Of a stretch of DNA of 20,000 bases, positions 9,977 to 17,755 are shown in pieces. A program made the position numbers and the translations under genes. This stretch comes from Mesotaenium endlicherianum (lineage: Eukaryota), in NCBI GenBank assembly GCA_009602735.1, contig WELA01002777.1:145177-165176 (forward strand), read 5' to 3'. Position 1 is the stretch's first letter. Every line of letters starts with the position of its first letter. The notes under the pieces are model-generated. The model was not told the DNA's origin and made no database searches. It worked only from the letters and a program-made list of their open reading frames with translations.

Positions 9977-11600
9977 CCTGCTCCGTCTCGACAGAATAAT
10001 TGCCGCGCAAACACAACTTGTCAAATTGGTCAATAGCGTCCTTGTGCTGGTTGTAGTGCAGCACTATCTCCGGGCACGTCACTGAGGTGATAGTGCCATT
10101 TTTTTGCCTCCTGCTAACCTCCCTCTCATCCACCCCTACAGCAGTAGACATGAAATGCACAACCTTCTTATCCTGCCAAACAACTGCAAACTGATGCGGT
10201 TGCTCACAAACTGCTGCAATGAAAGTACCTTGCTTCACTTTATTCTCACCAGGCTGTGGTCTGAGTTGCAGCAGCCTTTTAGGAAAGTTCATTCTACCTT
10301 GTTGACAAGTCCCGGTAGCTCCATGGCCCAGTTCAGCAAGCTTCTCCAGAATAATAGGAGAAGTGAAGCCTCTGTCCAGAATAAGGCTGTAGCTCACATT
10401 TTCAGGCAGGTTCTGTAGTAACTCCAGAACACAGGTGGTATGCAGACCAACCTGTTTGACTTTGTCATACACATTGAAGTCATAGCAGTAGTAGGAGGTG
10501 CTGTCACAAATCGTCCAAACCTCCATTCCAAACTTGTAAGGCTTGCTTGCATTGTACACTCTGACAGGACACTGCTTGTTCCTTGTTGGAATAGTCCTTT
10601 CGTCGACTGTGAGGTTGACTTGAGGATTGTACCAATACTAAAATTTCTTTTTCAAAAGATAACTGAAAGGAGAACACTGCCAAAGCTTGAACTCACCTGT
10701 ATTCCTGGCATGTATATCTTTGCCACTGTCGTCTCTCAAGTGAAAGTATCTCTTGATCTCCTGCCACCTGTTCCTTGACATGAGCTGACCAAATGCAAGA
10801 AACTGACTGAGACCAGTTGTCTCACTTCCCCAATACTGAGTAATCCTAAGCAGAGGCCACAAGGCCATAGCAAGACACAGGCCATGCCACATAACAATGT
10901 CGGAGACAGTGACTGGCTTCCACTCCTTGGCCCTGTTTGCATGTGCATATGCATTTGTTTCATCAACAACTTTATGGAACCAATCCATTGTGATGAACAT
11001 AGTAACAACAGCAAAAGTAGAGAGTTGTTTGAATGCTCTGCGACTCATGTTCTGTACCTGTAGATGGTGGAGGCACTGGCTTCTTCAACCACTCAAACTG
11101 CTCATCGGGGCGCACCTGTCGGAAAGTGTAGTCATCCAAGTCATGCAGCACACTTTCAGGCTCATCAGCTTCATCCAGAGGATTGTCAACCAGCTCCAAG
11201 TCACTGTCTGACTCATGTTCAGATGCATCGAAGTCCACAGCTGCCTTCCTCCTGTAAGACTTCCTGGCTGCCCTTTTTGCTTCTAGCCTCTGCTTTGTCT
11301 TTCTGACTTTCTTCTCCTCCCTAGACTCTGGGGCACTCATGTCTATTGCCCTCTGCTTAGAGGGCCTACCCCTTTTCCTTAGCACCTCCTCCTCCTCCTG
11401 CTCCTCCCCTTCAAAGTCTTCATCATCCTCCTCCTCGTCAAACTCCTCCTCCTCCTCCTCCTCCTCCTGCTGCTACTGCTGCTGAACATCATCATCCTGC
11501 CTGCTTCCTGATGTGCTTGCTCCTCCCTGTTGTGCTGCTAGCCTTTGAGCTTCTAAATCTTTTTGCTTCTTCAATTGTGTCTTGTGATTTGCAGCCAAAG

Positions 11601-13123
11601 TGTAGTGAAACAGATAGATAAAGTACTTAGTGAAATATAATACTTTATCTATTCAAATCAAGGATCTTTGAACACAAGTGGTAGCTTCTTGAAAGAGAGA
11701 TGGCTTCTTGAAAGTTAATATATTTCTGGAATTTGGCAAGTACAAGAGTGATTCTGGAATGTCTTTCTATGTTCTAGCTCTTCTTTATATACTTGCTACA
11801 TAAGTAATTTCTAGGAAGGTGTATGTTGATGTGTTGGCACCCAACACATCCCAAAACATGCCACCTAGTTCTAGAATAATGTACACATGTCCTTTTGACC
11901 TGAAAATGGCACATTTGACTTTTGCCACATGGAGTTTTTCTAGGTCCTTCCTCTAACTTTGAAAATGCCTTAGAAGGTTCAAAGGACATGAACCAAGTCA
12001 TTAGAGTATCTATTCACACTTGACTCCACACAATACTACTCCAAATATATTCAAAAACATTCAAATATATGCCAATTAACACATTATAACTCAAATCACT
12101 ACATCACCCCTCGACAGAAAAGCGACGTCTCGGCGCGTCAAATCAAGTCTTACACATGTGGAGCAGACTAGTCAACAGCTTCAAGTCAGATGCTACACAT
12201 GCGAAGAGGATTAGTCCAAGGCGTCAAGTCAGGTGCTACACATGTAAGGTAGACTAGGCAAGGTCGTGGGTGGTGTGACCTTATTGGCTAGCCTACTCCT
12301 TCATGATGAAGAAAATTGTACAAGTTGGCCCAAAATCTGCCACGAATCCAAACATTCATAGCGTGCACAAAACTGCTCCAAACCTGAAAATTCTAGTTCC
12401 AAACAGACTGCGTCGGAGAACTCTACTGGGTCACCAAATTTGAGAGCATTCTAATTTCTGGAGTGTCGTTGAGAGCTAAGAGAGTAGGCACTCCTCCAAA
12501 TCTGTGCAGAAACTTCTGAAAATCATAAGTCCTTTTATACTTCTCCAAATTCTGCAAAGTAAGTCTCAAAATAGGTGTTGTAAGATGTTCTATTTGAGTC
12601 TTGATTTTTAGAGCATTCCAAGTTCAGGAGAGGGCACAATGTCAGAAGGCACATTCTGCCCTAATATTGCGAGCAGCCTGACCCCCTTCTACTCAAAGCA
12701 TCATATCTCGCTTACCAGTGCTCTAAATTAAGAAAATTTGGATTCTAAATGATTGACTATTCATGGACTACAGCCAAGTAAATTTTCAGAATTTATTATG
12801 CAAAGACCTATCACCAGTAGCAGTTTTAGTTTTCTATCCAGAAACTGCGAGAAGAGAAAAGTGTCTAATGTCATTCTTTTCTCTTTGTGGTTCTTGCAGG
12901 CTGCCTCCAAGGGGTCTTCTGCTGCTTCTTCATGGTGGCAGGCTGCCTCTCTGAAGTCTTCGGGCTTCTTGTAGAGAAACTTGGGGCTAGTCCAAGATGG
13001 GGATTGGCGGCATGGAAGTGTTTCAGCTTTCTCTGAACTTTGTCAAGGTAGTGCGCCGCCACCCAACTATTCAAAAGCATTAAAATACATGCCAACTAAT
13101 ATAGTATAATTCAAATCACTACA
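11601..13123 (-). mobile_element. Internally deleted family-B LTR retrotransposon (about 60-bp 5' LTR stub, 3' internal region, PPT, full 3' LTR)
   Basis: TSD CAAAG at 11596-11600 and 13124-13128; full LTR 11601-12103; PPT-like GAGGGGTGA (minus strand) at 12104-12112; LTR stub at about 13064-13123. Confidence 0.92.
12138..12266. repeat. Three diverged 43-bp tandem repeats near the family-B PPT
   Basis: Units start at 12138, 12181 and 12224, each TCAARTCAR....TACACATG......GAYTAG. Confidence 0.8.
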
Positions 13124-13981
13124 CAAAGTCTCCAGAGGTAAGTCTAACTCATCCACTTCGTTTGCAAGACTTTGAGGTGGATTTGCAGTGGTCTTGTTGA
13201 TCTTAATAACACTTGGTTTGAGAGTAACCCATTGAATCTCTGGTATCTTAGGCAATTACAACCTTACAATTACTAAGTCCCGTATCTTGTTGTCCCTGTC
13301 AAACTCAAAAAAGACTTTCCATGCAGACTCCTTATCTTTCCTCTTCACCTCTTGACTCACCCTTCCCAACAAGTATATTTCATCGTAACCATCCCCAAAA
13401 GCTGTTCTAGCCCACCTAGGACCCCAGAACTGGCAAGGGACCAAAATTCGGGTGCCTTCGCCAACATTTCCAAGCACTACGGTGTCCGAAGTGTCAGCCA
13501 TGGCTGTAAAATTTGCAAGAAACGAACGAAAAGAGGATCAATTCAATGCAAGAAACTGACTTGTACTCCTTAGATTATCCGCAATAAGAGGTGCTATACT
13601 TGGGCAAAACGAGAACGGTTGATTTTGCCCACTATCTTGACCTTATAGCGGACCGTCCGATGCAAAAAAAAAAGAGAAAAAGATATTAATTCTAGTAGAA
13701 AATGGCCATAGAAAAAGTGGCCCATATAAAACCATAAATGGATCTAGATCCATATATGGTTTTGTGCTACACCTAGTGTTAAACTCTAAAGAACCACCCA
13801 CTCATGGACTACAGCCACGTAAAATTTCAAAATTTAATATGCAAAGACGTATCAGCAGTAGCAATTTTAGTTTTATGTCCAGAAACTGCGAGAAGGGAAG
13901 AGTGTCTAATGTCAATTTTTTCTCTTTTTGGTTCTTGCAGATTGTCTCCAAGGGGTCTTCTGCTGCTTCTTGATGATGGCA

Positions 13982-14655
13982 GGCTGCCTTCTCCGCATTG
14001 ATGAGCATGAATTGCTTCTTGAGGGCCTCACGAAAATCTGCCCATCTTGCATATGATGGTGGGGGCTCTTGGCCGAGCACGGGGTGCGCCGTAGCTTGAT
14101 ATACAGCCGCCTGATAGTTACGCCACCATGATGTTGCTGCTCCTCTAAGTACGGTAATGGCAAAGGGAACGTAGTCCTCCTCGGGTACTTCAAGGAATGC
14201 GAGGTACGTCTCCACTTGGTAGAGCCATAAGTTCAGGTTGGCTCCTTTCCCGGGGTTGAGAGTGTCTGGTTTGCCGGGCTTGATGAGTTTCCTTGCTCTC
14301 GTAGGCTCTTGTGGAGGCGCTTGAGCCGTGGCTGGAAATGGAGCGTTGCTTGCAATAGGGGCAACTATGGCAGCCATAGCTTCTCTTGATGCTTGCACGG
14401 TTGCTTCACAGGTGGCCAAGCCCACTTGGTTGTGGACGGTCATGAGGAAGCCTGCCCACTCATTTGCGAAAGTCCTTGTGGTGGGGTCAACTTTGCTATA
14501 GCGGCTGCCACGGGATTTGACGATGCTCCTCCTTGTGGTGCTTCTAATTGTTGCAGACTTTCTTGAGTGGGCTCTCCCATCGGTGCTGGAGGAGGGTCAC
14601 TTGGAGATGAAGTGCTTCCTTCGAAAGCTTGTTGTTGGTCTTGAGGATCGGCCAT
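13982..14655 (-). pseudogene. gag: Gypsy gag (retrotransposon gag domain), frameshifted and truncated
   Basis: KPDTL...WLYQVETYL...AITVLRGAATSWW...WADFREALKKQF is the typical retrotransposon gag pattern. Frameshift near 14443; similarity ends at AEKAA. Confidence 0.88.
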
Positions 14656-14679
14656 CTTCTTGTGCTACCAAAGTGCCTA

Positions 14680-14691
14680 GCTCCAATACCA
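14680..14691 (-). promoter_or_regulatory. Primer binding site of family B (tRNA-iMet type)
   Basis: TGGTATTGGAGC lies 1 nt after the LTR end; the plant iMet PBS consensus is TGGTATCAGAGC. Confidence 0.85.
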
Positions 14692-14692
14692 C

Positions 14693-15197
14693 TGTTGTGA
14701 AACAGATAGATAAAGTACTTAGTAAAATAGAATACTTTATCTATTCAAGACAAGGATCTTTGAACATAAGTGGCAGCTTCTTGAAAAAGAGATGGCTTCT
14801 TGAAGGTTTATATATTTTTGGAATTTGGCAAGCACAAGAGTGATTCTAGAATGCCTTTCTATGCTCTAGCTCTTGTTTATATACTTGCTACGTAAGTAAT
14901 TTCTAGGAAGGTGCATGTTGATGTATTGGCACCCAACACATCCCAAAACTTGCCACCTCTTTCTAGAATAATGTACACATGTCCTTGTGACCTAAAAATG
15001 GCATATTTGACTTTTGCCACATGGAGTTCTTCGAGGTCCTTCCTCTAACTTCGAAAATGCCTTAGAAGGTTCAAAGGACATGAACCAAGTCACTAGAGTA
15101 TCTATTCACACATGACTCCACACAATAATACTCCAAATATATTCAAAAACATTAGAGTAATAAACTAATTAAATATATTCTAACTCATATCACTACA
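14693..15197 (-). repeat. 5' LTR of family B (505 bp)
   Basis: TG...CA ends; full-length similarity to 9473-9976 and 11601-12103. Confidence 0.93.
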
Positions 15198-15319
15198 TAA
15201 CCATTCCAGAGAAACCATTTTCATCTTTTTTTTTTTAATGTATGACCCTGTAGAAAATAGGCGAGTTATGGACCCATTTTTGAGTCTAGAACCAATATTG
15301 ACCCGTCATTAAGCTAGTG
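15198..15319 (-). mobile_element. Terminal fragment of a further piggyBac-like element
   Basis: Ends AGCTAGTG|TTAA (15312-15323). Subterminal motifs TGTAGA...TTATGG...AACCAA...GACCC are colinear with the last ~70 bp of the 6799-8930 element. Confidence 0.75.
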
Positions 15320-15602
15320 TTAAAACTGGTGAAGACGCTGTTTCTATCTGCCTCTTAATTCTGTTTTGCTCTTATGAGCCTCCATCATGCTAGATAGTGG
15401 CGTACAGCGACTTTCTGCTCCACAAGTCCTCGCGATCCCTCTTGGACTATTTTTCGTGCTACTTGGGATGTTGACTACTCGCAGTCAGGAAGCTCAAGAG
15501 ACAGTGGAGGCCAAAATCATAACAGAGATCTCAAATACAGAAGCTCTCACAGCCAAAGTCCTCCTCGAAAAAGGCAAACAACCGTCGGTAGATCCCCTTC
15601 TC

Positions 15603-16082
15603 TGTAGCAATACGAACGAAAAGGTAATTCAAGGTACTTTGATTGCGCGCCAATTGTACTTATGCAATTCAAACCGACATTTCAATCGCTCCACGCGACG
15701 TGTTGCACGCGCCGCATCCGGCCACGCGGCGGATCGTTACACTCCTCCCACCTACAAGTGTGCACGTCCCGGGCACTCATGCTCCGGCACCCGTGAGGGA
15801 CATTGTTTCGGGATAGTGTCCTTTCTTCGCACAATCCAAAGATCGCCGTATGGTCGTACCATCAATCGACGAGTTTTGCACCCCACGGGACTTGAACCCT
15901 CGTCACCTGGACACGGTTGCGTACGTTTGCGCTCCGATACCAATGTAGCGATACGAACGAAAAGGTAACTTGAGGTACTTTGATCGCGCGCCAATTGTAC
16001 TTATACAATTCAAACCGACATTTCAATCGCTCCACGCGACGTGTCGCACGCGCCGCATCCGGCCACGCGGCGGACCGTTACA
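15603..16082 (-). mobile_element. Complete TRIM (terminal-repeat retrotransposon in miniature), 480 bp
   Basis: 139-bp TG...CA LTRs (15603-15741 and 15944-16082; 8 differences by eye), TSD TTCTC (15598-15602 and 16083-16087), PBS TGGTATCGGAGC (15931-15942), PPT AGGTGGGAGGAG (15742-15753) and a 202-bp non-coding interior. Confidence 0.95.
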
Positions 16083-16299
16083 TTCTCGCAATTTTACCTC
16101 TACATCTCCTTCTCCACATTTGGGCCAAGTCGATTGCGAATCATCAAGAGTTACTAGCGAACCAAGTAAAGCTACAATGTCTGTAAAGTATTGTAGATGC
16201 CCGCCATGTGTTCCTTGCCAGTCTTCCCCATGGATCCCCTTCCCAAGTGAGCCCAACAGATCTCCACTTAACCTCACTGGAGCCAAAGAATGGCCCCCA

Positions 16300-17755
16300 C
16301 TCCACGTTTAAACTGCAATTGTCTCTTTTCACCGACTTAGGGGCTCATGACATCCACACGTATTTTGAGGTGGTGGAGCTCAGAGCTTGCACCCATCGTT
16401 GTGCTGAGACTGAAACTCTTTGCCAAGTGCAAAGTAGCCTTGCAGGCAAACTGCTCAAGTGGCTTATAGGCCAACCACTCCATACTCAAGATTTGCCCAA
16501 GCTTCTCAAGCGTGAACTGCTACGATCCTAAGCGGCTGAAGCTGCCACAGCCATAGCCCTAGATTGGAAATCAAGCTCATGCACAGCGGTCAGCCTCTCA
16601 ATAGCTTTGTTATTGAGCAATAGATCCTTTTTTCTTGGTTTGCCCCCACTCTTGAGGAGTCTTTTGAGCAACGTATTTCTTAATCCCTTGATTGTTGCAA
16701 AATTTGAAGCTTTACATCCACATCAGGTTAGAGATGCATGGACTATGGCATCGGATTTTGAGCATGCAGACCTTGCAGACCTTTCTGAAATGAATCGACT
16801 TACCAAATATGCGATTAACAATTAATAAAGATCTTTATATCAGCAAGTGATTTTTATGGTATTTTTTGTTAACTGGTTAAACGGCAAAGGACAACACACT
16901 AGCAGTGAATAATACTCGTAAGTCAAATGCGAGTAAACTAGCATCAATAATGCAAATCAGTAAACTCATACATAAGCAAGGTTAGAAGACAGTGCGTATC
17001 AATAGCTTCTCGCCTTGGATTCAGATCTCTCTCAGTAAGCTGTACAAGAGAGTTGGCCTCGTTTCCAAATGCCGAACTCGAGAGCAATGCCTAGCATATG
17101 TACATGGAATGAGTTTACTGTTCAACGGTCAGTGCGATGGCACCGCCTACCCGGGAGTTAACCACGTTGGTAGGACCTCGGTTAACCAAATCCACCGCCA
17201 TCTCCCATCATCCCGAATCGCCATCCATCATAGGGATGTCATCTGGCCATTCATCTAGCATGATGCATATCAAGGCAGTTCGCTGCTACCGAGTACGGAA
17301 GCCAGCTGGCTGTCAAAGAATGTGTCAGCAAGCTAACTTAAGCTGACATCAGCCTGCTGCTTCCGGCTGAGTCATTAAACTGATATTAAATATAACGTCC
17401 AGCAGAGTGATCATTAATTAGAGTTCAGCAGGCTGAACTTATTTGACTATATTATTTAAATGAATATTATGTCAACCAATATACTAATTCATTACACTTT
17501 CAGACCTCTAAGGTCGGTCAACTTGTCTCATTTTTTTGGCCTAGTGAACCATACAGAATGTTCAAAGAGCCCCTTGGAAATTCCAGCCTCCAAGGAAATT
17601 TTACACTCCTCCAACACGGACTCATAATCGTCTTTTTCTTTGGTCGGGCCTCCAGGCACAATTAGTTCTTACAAAGGCCCCGAGCTTAAGTATTTTGCCA
17701 TCATTAATTGTCACAAGTGCCTCCAACAAGGGCACTACGCCTCGACTGCCCAAAC
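16300..17755 (+). pseudogene. Heavily decayed gag-like region with a CCHC zinc knuckle, interrupted by a solo LTR A
   Basis: Gag-like helical fragments (SSLAGKLLKWL; FFLGLPPLLR), and CHKCLQQGHYA(S-D-C-P after a 1-nt shift) at 17709-17752 matches CX2CX4HX4C. Boundaries are approximate. Confidence 0.55.
16786..17496 (-). mobile_element. Solo LTR, family A (711 bp)
   Basis: Reverse complement of 5027-5770; TSD CTTTC at 16781-16785 and 17497-17501; no adjacent PBS or PPT. Confidence 0.95.

Larger units (their letters stand above)
9022..13501 (-). pseudogene. piggyBac (DDD, PGBD-like) transposase, about 810 codons after removing the LTR insertions
   Basis: Catalytic motifs LTVDERTI (about 10600), RVYNASKPYKFG, ILDRGFTSP, WQDKKVVHFMST, YNQHKDAIDQFD and KWWHRLYW, then a C-terminal CVVC...YYCSSCSVTLCAVPCFEMFH domain. 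Removing each insertion plus one TSD restores the frame (ETEQV|SFKWW; PLETL|AANHK). Stops at 13256, about 11474 and 10638, and one frameshift near 11040. Confidence 0.92.
8935..13778 (-). mobile_element. piggyBac-like element 2 (5' terminus at 13778; 3' terminus not identified, so the left coordinate is approximate)
   Basis: CCTAGTG|TTAA at 13772-13782 lies 277 bp upstream of the transposase ATG (13501). Carries two nested family-B LTR insertions. Confidence 0.8.
13783..15197 (-). mobile_element. 5' part of a family-B gypsy element: 5' LTR, PBS and truncated gag joined to 3' internal sequence
   Basis: LTR 14693-15197; PBS TGGTATTGGAGC; gag ATG at 14655; 13783-13988 is homologous to 12742-12947 of the other family-B copy. 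Confidence 0.9.

Noticed and set aside
12138..12266. CRISPR-like array
   Set aside because: These are diverged tandem units without unique spacers, in a eukaryotic retrotransposon context with no cas genes.
11601..15197. A single intact family-B element bounded by LTRs 11601-12103 and 14693-15197
   Set aside because: The flanks do not match (CAAAG vs TAACC). CAAAG instead pairs with the LTR stub ending at 13123, and piggyBac sequence lies in between.
15387..15968. 193-aa ORF as a gene
   Set aside because: It runs across the TRIM insertion boundary and through LTR sequence, so it is a chimeric chance frame.
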